Origin: Spirochaetia bacterium
GTDB taxonomy: Bacteria > Spirochaetota > Spirochaetia > CADAEX01
Direction of reading: 5' to 3'
DNA: 64,000 nucleotides
Assembly: GCA_963662265.2 (NCBI GenBank)
Contig: CAXXHA010000032.1
Coordinates: forward strand, 1 to 64,000
Under the pieces are notes generated by a model. That model saw nothing but the letters and a program-made list of their open reading frames with translations, did not search any database and was not told the origin of the DNA. Shown piece by piece: positions 19,117 to 29,408 of the stretch. A program made the position numbers and the translations under genes. Each line of letters starts with the position of its first letter. The stretch's first letter is position 1.

Positions 19117-19233
19117 TTTTTTAATACAGATATCTTAATTCATAATATTGGAGAAGTCAATGAATTTCACAGAACATACCTGCTTTTTACAGTTGATTAT
19201 CAATATATTGGCCACATATGATAAAACATCGCT

Positions 19234-19244
19234 GCAAACGTTTG
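19234..19244. promoter_or_regulatory. LacI-family operator (distal)
   Basis: Second identical GCAAACGTTTG, 128 bp from the first. Confidence 0.68.
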
Positions 19245-19282
19245 GGTATTATTTATTTTCTGCTTTTAATTTTTACTGATAA

Positions 19283-20314
19283 TCAGGAGTGCCTGGATAT
19301 ATTGAGAAAATTACGCCTCGTTGTTCCCCGCTCAATGAGCTCCGGTTCAAGTACTATTTTCCTGGATACTGTTTCAAGCCCCTCTTCCTTCTTTCTTATA
19401 TCTTCAAGAAGAGTTTCCATCATGATTTTTCCGATCAAATATTTAGGCTGCTTGACTGTTGTAAGATTAACCATTGGAAGATCCGAGTATTTAATATCAT
19501 CAAATCCCACGACACCTACATCATCTCCCGCCTTGATATTATTCTGATCCAGATATTTAAGCACTCCGAGCGCTGTCACATCGTTGCAGGCAAAAACAGC
19601 ATCCACATCTTTATGAAGGGAAAACACATCTTTTGCCACATTATAACCGCTGTCAATATTGAACTCACCTGTAAAGGTTAGTGATCTGTCATAGGAAATA
19701 TGCTTTTCCTCAAAAGCTTTCAGGAAGCCTTTATATCTGTCGCTGTGGGAAAAAGAATTTTTCTTGCCGCCTATGAATGCTATTTTCCTGTAACCGCAGT
19801 CAAGCAGATATTTAGCCGCAATATATCCCCCCTTAACATTATCCACTTCCACAAAGCTGTAGTTTTCACGGGCTGAACTGTTTTCAAAACCAATGACAGG
19901 AAGCCTGAGGTTTTCAAAATTATCAGCAGGAGAATCATCGGCAGACTTTATAATCACCCCATCCACCCTTTTTTCGACAAAGGCTCTCAGGTATTCAGCC
20001 TCTTTTTTCCGGTCCCAGTTTGATATGCAGAGAAAAACGTCATATTTATTCTTGTTAGCTGTTTCGAGTATTCCAGTTGCTATTTCATTAAAGAGAGGGT
20101 TGAGAATTTCAGGTATAATAACCCCAATTGTCCTCGATATTCTGCTTACAAGACCTCTTGCAAGTTCATTAGGCCTGTACCCCATCTTCTCGGCAGTTTC
20201 TGTTATTTTTTTTCTTGTTGCCTCGCTGACTCCGGGTTTTCCATTCAATGCCCTGGAAACTGAGGAATAGCATATACCAAGTTCTTTCGCAATATCCTTG
20301 ATCGTCACATTCAT
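19283..20314 (-). CDS. LacI family transcriptional regulator
   Basis: VTIKDIAKELGICYSSVSRALN HTH, YRPNELARGL hinge, sugar-binding domain with VGFDD. Confidence 0.95.
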   Translation of the reverse strand: MNVTIKDIAKELGICYSSVSRALNGKPGVSEATRKKITETAEKMGYRPNELARGLVSRISRTIGVIIPEILNPLFNEIATGILETANKNKYDVFLCISNWDRKKEAEYLRAFVEKRVDGVIIKSADDSPADNFENLRLPVIGFENSSARENYSFVEVDNVKGGYIAAKYLLDCGYRKIAFIGGKKNSFSHSDRYKGFLKAFEEKHISYDRSLTFTGEFNIDSGYNVAKDVFSLHKDVDAVFACNDVTALGVLKYLDQNNIKAGDDVGVVGFDDIKYSDLPMVNLTTVKQPKYLIGKIMMETLLEDIRKKEEGLETVSRKIVLEPELIERGTTRRNFLNISRHS

Positions 20315-20370
20315 GAGTATTTATTATAATGGTTTTTTAAAAAAAGGGATATATAAATCAGAAATACAGC

Positions 20371-22428
20371 TTAATTTTCCAGGACTTCATTAACCTTATC
20401 TATGAGCTGATTTACGCTGAATGGTTTCTGCAGGAAATTTATCCCTTCGTCAAGAATACCGCTGTCTGCAATTATATTGGCAGTATAACCTGACATGAAG
20501 ATTGTCCTGATATCGGGAAACATTTCCCTGACCCTGTCATTAAGTTCTTGCCCATTCATTCCCGGCATTACAACATCAGTAATAAGAAGATCAAATTTAA
20601 GGGAACTTTTCTTTATCGCTTCGATGGCATCTTTTCCGTTTTCAGCAGTCAGAACATTATAACTTGCTTTCTGCAGAACCCTTGTAATAAGGGTAAGTAT
20701 TGATTCTTCATCTTCTACTACAAGAATATTCCTGTTCTCTGCAGATAAGCTGCTGTTTTCTTCTATTTCCTTTTTGCTTTCAGACACAGGACTGTCCCCT
20801 TTCTTAAAATAAATTTTAAATGTACTTCCTATCCCTTCTTCTGAATAGGGAATTATATATCCGCTGTTCTGCTTTACTATCCCGTAAACAGTTGAAAGAC
20901 CAAGCCCTGCACTTGAAGAGGTTTTTGTGGAAAAGAAAGGTTCAAAAATATGGGCCCTTGTTTCACTGCTCATACCGCACCCGTTATCACTTACTGATAA
21001 AACAACAAATTCACCCGGTGAAAAGTATGGATGGAGATTACAGTATTCTTCATCAATGACCGAATTGAAAGTCTCCACAATTATGGATCCCTTCTTACCC
21101 GAAATCGAATCACTGCTGTTGATTATCAGATTTGTTATTATCTGGTCAACCTGTGACGGATCAATAACAACCGGCCAGAGATCCTTTTCAATCTTCAATT
21201 CAATATTTATATCAGGATTGATAAGCCGTTCCAGAAGATTTAATGATTTCTGCAGAGTAGAATTAAGATCTATGGTTCTGGGTGATACATGCTGTTTTCT
21301 GGCAAATGCCAGCAGCTGACCTGTAAGGTCAGAGGCTTTTGAAGAAGCTTTTTTTATCTCATCAAGATATTTTTTAACTGTCTCGCTGTCTGCTTCCTGT
21401 GCAAGTTCTGTATAACCTGAAATAATCTGCATGATATTGTTGAAGTCATGAGCGACTCCCCCTGCAAGGTTTCCTATGGAATCAAGCCTCTGAATTCCTG
21501 CAATTTTCCCTTCAAGTTCTTTCTTTTCCGCCTGGTTTTTAATTCTGATAATTGAATTACATAGAGCATTACCAGCCATTCTGAGAAGATAAATATCCTC
21601 ATCAGTCCATTTCCGCCCATTTTTAACTGAATCAAAACCGAAAAAACCCCTGAGACTGTTGTCATAAAATGAAGGTATGATAGCTATTGATTTTATATTC
21701 TGATCTTCAAGAACTTTCTTTTCATATGAAGCTTCGGCAGGCATATTGCTGATATCCTCATAACATATAGGTATATTTGCCTTCATTTGAACTGTCCACC
21801 AGGGGGCAGTGGAAGATTTTATGTTCTGTAGATTGTCTATTTCCGGCTCAATCCCTTCGGAGCACCATTCATAAATATTGGAAAAGAAAACCAGGTCATC
21901 TGAATAGGTGAAATAATATACCCTGTCGACACCTGTTTCAATTCCAAGATGCCTGAATGCATGGTTTACTTTTTCATCAATATTATCAGAATCAGCAATA
22001 GTAAGACTGGATGAAAACGTGGAAATTACCTTTTCGAGCCTGAGACGGGCCTGAAGATCCTCTTTTGTCTTTTTTTCTTCAGTCACATCGCTTACAAAAG
22101 CAAAATACCTGTTTTCCTTTACTTTAACAGCATCAACCTTCAGGAAGCAGTCGCTGCAGTCAGGCTGTTTATAGAAAACAACACCGGAAGAAGATCCCTC
22201 ATCAAGAAGTCTATTAAGGTGTAGAAATGAATCACCGCCTGATGATTCTGCAAAAAGTTTGGAGAGAGTCATTGACAGGAGATCTTCCCTGCTTCTGCCG
22301 CATATATGACATGCTTCAGGATTGACTTCAAGAATTCTGCCGATCCTGTCAAAAATAAATAACCCGTATGGGGCCTGATCTAGATAGTCTTTACAATATT
22401 CTACAAAATCTGTCAAAAGCCCTCCCAT
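20371..22428 (-). CDS. Hybrid sensor histidine kinase (PAS-GAF-HisKA-HATPase-REC), cytoplasmic
   Basis: GGVAHDFNN H-box, NLIINS, DNGCGM, FEPFFSTK; receiver with VVEDE, DVVMP and KPF. Confidence 0.92.
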   Translation of the reverse strand: MGGLLTDFVEYCKDYLDQAPYGLFIFDRIGRILEVNPEACHICGRSREDLLSMTLSKLFAESSGGDSFLHLNRLLDEGSSSGVVFYKQPDCSDCFLKVDAVKVKENRYFAFVSDVTEEKKTKEDLQARLRLEKVISTFSSSLTIADSDNIDEKVNHAFRHLGIETGVDRVYYFTYSDDLVFFSNIYEWCSEGIEPEIDNLQNIKSSTAPWWTVQMKANIPICYEDISNMPAEASYEKKVLEDQNIKSIAIIPSFYDNSLRGFFGFDSVKNGRKWTDEDIYLLRMAGNALCNSIIRIKNQAEKKELEGKIAGIQRLDSIGNLAGGVAHDFNNIMQIISGYTELAQEADSETVKKYLDEIKKASSKASDLTGQLLAFARKQHVSPRTIDLNSTLQKSLNLLERLINPDINIELKIEKDLWPVVIDPSQVDQIITNLIINSSDSISGKKGSIIVETFNSVIDEEYCNLHPYFSPGEFVVLSVSDNGCGMSSETRAHIFEPFFSTKTSSSAGLGLSTVYGIVKQNSGYIIPYSEEGIGSTFKIYFKKGDSPVSESKKEIEENSSLSAENRNILVVEDEESILTLITRVLQKASYNVLTAENGKDAIEAIKKSSLKFDLLITDVVMPGMNGQELNDRVREMFPDIRTIFMSGYTANIIADSGILDEGINFLQKPFSVNQLIDKVNEVLEN

Positions 22429-22505
22429 CTATACTATTTTAATAGGGGATCTTTCAGCTGTAAACTTATTTTTATATAAATAAAGCTCAGAGGCACAGAC
22501 AGGTA

Positions 22506-23768
22506 TCAGCCAAGTCTCTTCCCTGTTTCAAGCATGGACCGGTATTCATCTTCAGGGACAAACAGCCCCCCTGTAAGCCATGCGATGTGAATTCCTTTTT
22601 TCAATGCATTACCGGTAAATACCGGTCCATGAAGAGAGGCTGCAGCAGAGACTTCAATCTTCTCATCTTCAAGCAGTTTCAGTTTGAAGAGGTCTCTGTA
22701 CATGATGTCATCTTCCAGTGTATAAAATCCGTCAATCAGTGTTGTGCAGATGTCAAGGACTAGCTCTGACGGGGAATCCACGGCAAGCCCGTCTGCATCT
22801 GTATCCATGGAGAAATCATATTCAGAGAAATATATTTTTCTTTTTTCCAGAAAACCAAGCATGATAGAAGGGGCGCTGACAGGTTCTGCAAAGTAGCACT
22901 TAACATTATCACCATAAACATGCTTAAGCCCGAAGCTTATACCGCCGGGCGCGCCCCCCACCCCGCATGGAAGATAAACATGGAGTGGATTTTCACTGTC
23001 AACTATTATCCCTTTTTCATCAAGCTGTTTTTCAAGCCTTAAAGCGGCAGCGCTGTATCCGAGGAAAAGTTCCCTGGAATTCTCATCATCGACAAAATAT
23101 GAAAAAGGGTCTTTTTCACACTCCTTCCTCCCCCCTTCAACAGCTTCAGCATAGGAACCCTGATGCTCGATAACATTTACACCGAGGCTCCTGAGCCTGT
23201 TTTTCTTCCACTCTTTGGCATCTCTTGACATGTGAATAGTAACTTTGAAACCGAGTTTTGCAGATATTATACCTATACTCATCCCCAGGTTGCCTGTTGA
23301 ACCGACAACAATATGGTATCTGGAAAGGATATTTTTTATTTCAGGGGATGAAAAAACAGAATAGTCAGATTCAGGAGTAACCAGGCAGTTTTCAATCGCC
23401 AGTTTTTCGGCAAACTTAAGAATCTCATATATTCCCCCCCTTGCCTTGATAGAACCTGCAACCGGAAGGGATGAGTCGCACTTGATATAGAAATTATCCC
23501 AAAGCCCCAGAACTTCCTTTGAAAAGGAAAAAGCACTTTTAAGTTCCGATTCTATGATGCCGCCATCTGTATCAGGAAATTCTTTTTCAAGAAACGGGGC
23601 GAAACGCCTGAGCCGCCTGTCTGTATCATGAATGCTTTCAAGATTAAGTCCATGTTTCTTATCTGCCTCACAGAGAGCTTCAGAAGCAGGCAGCTTTTCA
23701 GAATTTTCAAGATACTGAGGCTGTTTACCAAGTATTTTATCAAGAATTTCTTTATAAGTGTTTTTCAT
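22506..23768 (-). CDS. dsdA: D-serine ammonia-lyase (PLP)
   Basis: LPVAGSIKARGG, GSTGNLG, FVDDENS, YLPCGVGGAPGG, ADGLAV and WLTGG motifs. Confidence 0.92.
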   Translation of the reverse strand: MKNTYKEILDKILGKQPQYLENSEKLPASEALCEADKKHGLNLESIHDTDRRLRRFAPFLEKEFPDTDGGIIESELKSAFSFSKEVLGLWDNFYIKCDSSLPVAGSIKARGGIYEILKFAEKLAIENCLVTPESDYSVFSSPEIKNILSRYHIVVGSTGNLGMSIGIISAKLGFKVTIHMSRDAKEWKKNRLRSLGVNVIEHQGSYAEAVEGGRKECEKDPFSYFVDDENSRELFLGYSAAALRLEKQLDEKGIIVDSENPLHVYLPCGVGGAPGGISFGLKHVYGDNVKCYFAEPVSAPSIMLGFLEKRKIYFSEYDFSMDTDADGLAVDSPSELVLDICTTLIDGFYTLEDDIMYRDLFKLKLLEDEKIEVSAAASLHGPVFTGNALKKGIHIAWLTGGLFVPEDEYRSMLETGKRLG

Positions 23769-23799
23769 AATTATCTTCCCCGTAATAATTCAGCCTTTT

Positions 23800-24323
23800 A
23801 TTCTGAAATCATCCAGTCAATTATTGCTGACAAAAAAAGCGCTGAAAGGATTGTAAGACTAATTATAATACTACTTCCTTCCAGGCGCTTGTTTCAAACA
23901 TTATTCTTCAAGAACAGCTTATAAACATAATAATTATCTGAACAATATTGTAGTCTCTGCTGCTGACTGTTTAGACAAGAAGTCTTCCTGTTCCTGTCCA
24001 TCCGAAAATTGTTTCTGTTACAACAACTTCAGCTATTATAAGTCCTTACCCAGAATTACTAAAGGGAATGATGTATTGGCTATTGCATGTTTCCTTACAG
24101 CATCTTTCCATGTCAGCCTTCTGGCAAGTCCTGTGTTCATATAAGGCTGGTTCAAAACTTCGAGCATTGCAGATCTAGTAATTAGGGCAAAAAGCAGACT
24201 CGCACAGGAGGGGTTAGGTAATAACAGGCATGATAAAAAAAAGCCCCCCCTGGTTACCGTTTTTTCATTTTGTATTCCATAAAAGCCAACAAATATTCTG
24301 TTACCGGAATCAAGGTTTTTCAT
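23800..24323 (-). pseudogene. Decayed dipeptide/oligopeptide ABC permease remnant (dppB-like, possibly followed by a dppC C-terminal piece)
   Basis: Minus-strand fragments IMPVIT*, ITRSAMLEVLNQPYMNTGLARRL...KHAIAN and VVVTETIFGWTGTGRLLV*TVSSRDYNIVQ match the DppB/OppB consensus across frameshifts and stops (TAA at 23971-23973). Confidence 0.8.
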
Positions 24324-24463
24324 TGTTCTCTCTCCTAATATTTAATAATATATTCAGGTAACTAATGCTTGTATTTTTTAATTTTTTATCGATTAGCAAA
24401 AATGAAAATATGAGGGGTTTTTAATATAAAATTTTTAACCCTGTTGATCAAAAAACTCTAAGA

Positions 24464-25333
24464 CTACAGATTCCGCAGATTCTTTGATATTCTGCATGCA
24501 GCAGGCGTTGCGGCAAGCCCTCCGAGGGAAGTTTCTTTGAGAGTCATATCCATTTTACTGCCTATTTCCTTCATGGCAGATATTATTTCATCAGGAGGTA
24601 TAATGCTTTTTATACCGGCAAGAGCCATTTCGATTGCTGCAAAAGCATTGACAGCTCCCATTCCATTCCGGTACACACAGGGATACTCGACATAGCCCCC
24701 TACAGGATCACAGACAAGTCCCATTGAATTAATAAGGGAAAGAGAGAATGCATTTGAAACCTGCTCAGGGTTTCCTCCCAGAAGCTCACATCCGGCAGCT
24801 GCTGCCATGGCTGCTGCTGAACCGCATTCTGCCTGACATCCCCCTTCAGCGCCTGAAAGGGTACTGTTCCTGTCAATTATGGTGCCGAATCCTGCAGCTG
24901 TGAAAAGGGAAAGCACTACTTTATCTCTTTCAATTTTCTTTTCATCCTCCAGCACTGTGAGAAGTCCCGGAATTATCCCGCAGGAACCGGCTGTGGGTGC
25001 AGCCACAATCCTGCCCATGGATGCATTTACTTCTGATACTGCTAAAGCATTTCTAATAATCCGGGAACTCAGTTCAGCACCGGAATTATTTTCTCCTTCG
25101 ATAAATTTATCCATAAGACAGGCATCACCGCCGCTCAATCCAGTCACTGATTTTTTATTCACTCTTATCCCTGCCCGAACAGAGTCTCTCATAACCTGAT
25201 ACCTTAATGACATTTTTTCAATCAGATCCTTTTCAGGAACTGATGAGTCAAGAGCCTGCTGAGTAACAATTATTGATGATATTGAAACATTTTTTTCTAT
25301 AGCTGAATCAACAAGGTCATGTATACTATCCAT
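24464..25333 (-). CDS. sdaAA: L-serine dehydratase, Fe-S dependent, alpha subunit
   Basis: EVNASMGRIVAAPTAGSCG, SGAEGGCQAECG and GLVCDPVGGYVEYPC; GGAG RBS before ATG 25333. Confidence 0.95.
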   Translation of the reverse strand: MDSIHDLVDSAIEKNVSISSIIVTQQALDSSVPEKDLIEKMSLRYQVMRDSVRAGIRVNKKSVTGLSGGDACLMDKFIEGENNSGAELSSRIIRNALAVSEVNASMGRIVAAPTAGSCGIIPGLLTVLEDEKKIERDKVVLSLFTAAGFGTIIDRNSTLSGAEGGCQAECGSAAAMAAAAGCELLGGNPEQVSNAFSLSLINSMGLVCDPVGGYVEYPCVYRNGMGAVNAFAAIEMALAGIKSIIPPDEIISAMKEIGSKMDMTLKETSLGGLAATPAACRISKNLRNL

Positions 25334-25346
25334 ATCTACTCCGCAA

Positions 25347-26009
25347 TCAGTATAATCTATCAAGATAGATTATTTTTTCAATTTCAGGGACAGACCTGCA
25401 GTTCTGAAGAAAGTTATCATCAACAGGCTTATCCAGATTTACAATCATAACAGAATTTCTATTATCTTCAGACTGGTAAACCCTCATTTCCACAATATTT
25501 ATCTTCTGGTTTGCAATTAAGCTGCTGACAGATACAACAACTCCGGGGACATCTTCATTGAAAATCACCAGAGTAGGATACTTTCCTTCAAAACGGACCA
25601 TGACCCCGTCAATTTCACTGAGTATGATCTTCCCGCCGCCTATTGAAGAAAGTAGAACAGCAATACTTCTTCCCTTTTCGCCGCTTGCCCTGATTAAAGC
25701 AGTATTTGGATGAACACTTCCCAGGTCAGAAGCTTCAAATTTATAAACCAGGCCTCTCTTTTCAGCATGAATAAAACTGTCCCTGATTCTTTCATCATCA
25801 GGGGCAAACCCGAGGAGTCCGCCGATTATTGCCCTGTCAGTACCATGCCCCTTCGCAGTCATGGCAAATGATCCGTGAAGAACAATTTCCGCACTGACAA
25901 TCCTGTCATTAAGTAGGTTTGATGCGAGATTCCCCATCCTTACAGCACCTGCTGTATGGGAACTTGAGGGGCCAATCATTACAGGGCCCAGAATATCAAA
26001 AATTTCCAT
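25347..26009 (-). CDS. sdaAB: L-serine dehydratase beta subunit with ACT domain
   Basis: FDILGPVMIGPSSSHTAGA, GHGTD, HPNT, SIGGG and a C-terminal ACT domain (DVPGVV). Confidence 0.95.
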   Translation of the reverse strand: MEIFDILGPVMIGPSSSHTAGAVRMGNLASNLLNDRIVSAEIVLHGSFAMTAKGHGTDRAIIGGLLGFAPDDERIRDSFIHAEKRGLVYKFEASDLGSVHPNTALIRASGEKGRSIAVLLSSIGGGKIILSEIDGVMVRFEGKYPTLVIFNEDVPGVVVSVSSLIANQKINIVEMRVYQSEDNRNSVMIVNLDKPVDDNFLQNCRSVPEIEKIIYLDRLY

Positions 26010-26547
26010 ATTGTATATCTTATTCTTATTCTGAATAAAAGACAAACAGGATGTATTATTTTTTATATCAATTCAACAGGATAGTCGGGGATCTATTGTT
26101 CGCAATCTCTCACACAACCCCAGGAGCGATCTTTCTCCGCATGTCATTACCCATTCAAGCAAAAAAACAGACTTTTCAACCTTAAAGGCTCTGTTTCCAA
26201 CCTCATTAATTCATCTGATACCTTATTCCGTTTAAAACAAATACAAAAGGATAAGTCTTTTTAATGATATTTTTACCCAGTAGGATTTAGCCGCCTGATA
26301 ATTGTAGGGAATAATTCTTTTACCTGAAAGAAAATCCTTTTCTTTATTTGTAATATAAATCCGGTCTATAGGCTGATTGAAAAACCTGATTTCATCTTCA
26401 ATTGATTTTCTGAAATCTGCATCTGGTTCATTGAGCTTCAGATCTTTTTAAAATAAAAATCAGGAAACGGAAAAGAGCCGAAAACTGCTGAAATTATAAT
26501 TTTGAAATAATTATTTTTTAAGGTATAATATGTCAAAAGAGGTGATT

Positions 26548-27111
26548 ATGAAAAAGACTTTTCTCATTTTTTTAATAATTGCAGTATCTTCTGTTTCACT
26601 TTACGCAGCCCCGAAAATTGCCGGAGTACAGCTGGAAGACAGCGTCATGTATGACGGATATGAATACAAACTGAATGGTGCAGGAATAAGAAAAAAACTT
26701 GTACTGAAGCTTTATGTCGGATCACTCTATACAAACAGGGAGGCAAAAAACGAAGAAAGAATTTTAAAAGGACCTGTAGCTTCTGTCATACGGCTCGATA
26801 TAATTTCAAAACTGATAACTAGTAAACTCATGAAGGAGACTATCCAGGAAGGCTTTGAAAAAGCAATGAACGGGAACACCGCCCCGCTTCAGAAACAGAT
26901 TGATAATTTTATCGCAGTGTTCAGCGAGGAAATTAAAAAAGGGGATCAGTTTACCTTTGTAAGCCTTCCGGGAGTAGGCGTCACAGCATACAAGGGATAT
27001 GACAAGCTCACCGTTATTCTTGATGACAGGTTCAGGGAAGTCCTTTTTTCAATCTGGCTGGGAGACGATCCTGCAGACAGGAAACTCAAAAAGAAGATGC
27101 TGGAAGGATAA
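26548..27111 (+). CDS. Chalcone-isomerase-like fold protein, exported
   Basis: Signal peptide; LNGAGIRKK...LYVGSLY and FSIWLGDDPAD..LKKKML motifs; GAGGTG RBS. Confidence 0.85.
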   Translation: MKKTFLIFLIIAVSSVSLYAAPKIAGVQLEDSVMYDGYEYKLNGAGIRKKLVLKLYVGSLYTNREAKNEERILKGPVASVIRLDIISKLITSKLMKETIQEGFEKAMNGNTAPLQKQIDNFIAVFSEEIKKGDQFTFVSLPGVGVTAYKGYDKLTVILDDRFREVLFSIWLGDDPADRKLKKKMLEG

Positions 27112-27346
27112 TAAAGGATTCACTGCATGCTGCTGTTAAAGATACTTTACCGACGCAGATAAGACAGAAATAACTGTAAATAAACAAAATTCATCCTGAT
27201 CTGAAATCATTTGCTTCTCCTGAAATAATATAATTTGTTTCAGGAAAAAAACAGTTAATCAGACACTCCCTTTATAATTATAACCTAACATAAAAGGTGC
27301 CCACTATTTGAGGGGCAGTCTGCTGCCCGGTTGCCGGACCTTCAAT

Positions 27347-29293
27347 CTATCTTTTCTTTCTGCCTCTGTCATCATGCAGCTTATCAATAAGTTCATGAAA
27401 TCTTTCTGCAATATATTTCCTTTTGATCTTCAGTGTCTGGGTAAGCTCTTCTCCCATCTTGAAATCATTGGGGACTATTTTTATCTTTGATATGCTTTCA
27501 AAAGGCTTGAACCCATGTTCTTTTGTAATCAGAGAATTTATATCTCTCATAAGCCTTTCATAGATCACATCATGTTCTATTGAATACCTGCCTTCTGTCT
27601 TTACATCTGTTACTGTCAGTTTAAGCTCTTCAGCCATGCTCAGCAGCTCTTCTTCATTAATTGCCACAATTGCAGACAGCTGCTTCTGATCCTGCCCGAG
27701 GACTACGGCGTGATCGATATAACGGCTTTCCTTCATTTTATCTTCAATAGGTTCAGGTTCCACATTTTCTCCCCCCAGAAGCACTATTGTGTCCTTGCTT
27801 CTTCCCACAATGATAAACTCCCCGTTTTCACTCCTTACAGCAAGGTCTCCTGTATTAAGCCATCCGTCAGAACTCAGCACAGCTTTTGTAGCTTTCTCAT
27901 TCTTGTAGTATCCAGACATTACCTGAGGTCCGCGGACAAAAAGTGTACCCTGCTCACCGATACCAGGTATTTCACCGTTATCTCTCCTTATTTCCACTTC
28001 AGTGTTTATAAAGGGGATACCTGCAGTACCGAATGTGTTACATTCTATTGTTCTTGAAAGGATTCCGGGGGCTGATTCTGTCATGCCGTATGCATTGACA
28101 ATTCTGATTCCCAGGGCACCGAAAAACTCATCCAGATACTTGGGCAGAGATCCTGCCCCCGAGGTTGCAACTCTCAGTCTCCCCCCGACTTTTTCCCTGA
28201 AAGGTCTGAACAGCAATTCTGCCGCCCTGTGTCCGGGATAGAATAATATAACCCTGAGAAAATGATAAATTCCTGCTGTTGTCATTGCAAAAATATTCCT
28301 TTTCCTGAGTGAAACATAACAGCCCTTAAGGTACAGGGAAGATGAAAGAAAAACCTGGTTTATTTTAATGAGAACAAGAATTAAATTCCTTTTCACGGGA
28401 GACATCCGGCTGACAGCCTTAATTATCTTCTGATATACAGATTCCCAGATTCTGGGAACTGAAATTATATTCTCAGGCTTTTCTGTCTCAAGGTCTGCTG
28501 CAAATCTGGATGCTGATGAGTATATAAAAGTAAGGGCGGCAGATATTCCGCAGAATTCAAATGCTCTTTCATAAACATGCCATGAGGGAAGCATGATAAC
28601 AGTTTTTTCCCCCTTTGCTGTATCAATTTTAAGCCGGGGAGTATTCCCGTAAACATTCTGAAGAAAATTTTTATGAGAAAGCATTACCCCTTTCGGGTTG
28701 CCTGTTGTTCCGGATGTATAGACAATTGTCATGATATCATTTTCAGTAATTCTTTCTGAAAGTTTTTCAACAAGCAGAGGTTCTTTTTCATATTCTCGTT
28801 CCCCTGCTTCAGAAAGTTCCTTGTAATAAACGCATTTTTCAAGGATATAATCAGGGATTGTGACTGCTTCATCATTATCCATGATAAAAATCTTTCTGCA
28901 TCTTTCCCAGTCCCCGGAAGAGAAGAAGTCAAGTAGGCTGCTTAACTGGCTGTTGCTTTCCAGTATCATATATACAGAATCTGAATGCCGGTAAATAAAA
29001 TTAAGCTCAGCCGGGGTTGAATCCGAGCCTCTCGGTACAGATACGGCACCCAGTGCGATAAGGGCAAAATCAGTGCTTATCCATTCATATCTGTTGTTAA
29101 CAAAGAAAGAAACATGATCATTCTTTTCTATTTCGAAATAATCAAAACCGGCAGTAAGAATTCTTATAAAACGGGCAAAATCACTGTATTTTACAGGGAC
29201 AAAAGATTTACTGCGGTTGTCTTTATGAGAAATTCTGTCAGGAAACTGCTCAGCAGTCCTGAATGGTATATCAAGTAGGCTGTTATATTTCAT
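27347..29293 (-). CDS. Long-chain-fatty-acid--CoA ligase (AMP-binding enzyme)
   Basis: YTSGTTGNPKG, AYGMTES, GWLNTGD and GRSKDTIVLLGGENVEP motifs. Confidence 0.92.
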   Translation of the reverse strand: MKYNSLLDIPFRTAEQFPDRISHKDNRSKSFVPVKYSDFARFIRILTAGFDYFEIEKNDHVSFFVNNRYEWISTDFALIALGAVSVPRGSDSTPAELNFIYRHSDSVYMILESNSQLSSLLDFFSSGDWERCRKIFIMDNDEAVTIPDYILEKCVYYKELSEAGEREYEKEPLLVEKLSERITENDIMTIVYTSGTTGNPKGVMLSHKNFLQNVYGNTPRLKIDTAKGEKTVIMLPSWHVYERAFEFCGISAALTFIYSSASRFAADLETEKPENIISVPRIWESVYQKIIKAVSRMSPVKRNLILVLIKINQVFLSSSLYLKGCYVSLRKRNIFAMTTAGIYHFLRVILFYPGHRAAELLFRPFREKVGGRLRVATSGAGSLPKYLDEFFGALGIRIVNAYGMTESAPGILSRTIECNTFGTAGIPFINTEVEIRRDNGEIPGIGEQGTLFVRGPQVMSGYYKNEKATKAVLSSDGWLNTGDLAVRSENGEFIIVGRSKDTIVLLGGENVEPEPIEDKMKESRYIDHAVVLGQDQKQLSAIVAINEEELLSMAEELKLTVTDVKTEGRYSIEHDVIYERLMRDINSLITKEHGFKPFESISKIKIVPNDFKMGEELTQTLKIKRKYIAERFHELIDKLHDDRGRKKR

Positions 29294-29408
29294 ATATATC
29301 TCTTACAGGAAAAAATAAGTTACTTAATATAATCTTAATACATTTATTTATCCAGTACAAAATAACGGGCAGCCCTTTATATGATATAATAAAAGCCGGT
29401 TTATTGTT

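Noticed and set aside
20895-20935. Kinase G2 box reads SSSAGLGL instead of GxGTGLGL
   Set aside because: The H, N, G1 and F boxes and GLGL are intact, so this is probably tolerated variation.
26040-26460. Possible riboswitch or gene remnant upstream of sdaAB (about 70 open codons on the minus strand)
   Set aside because: No glycine-riboswitch or T-box consensus is visible; the open stretch has no start codon and no recognisable homology.
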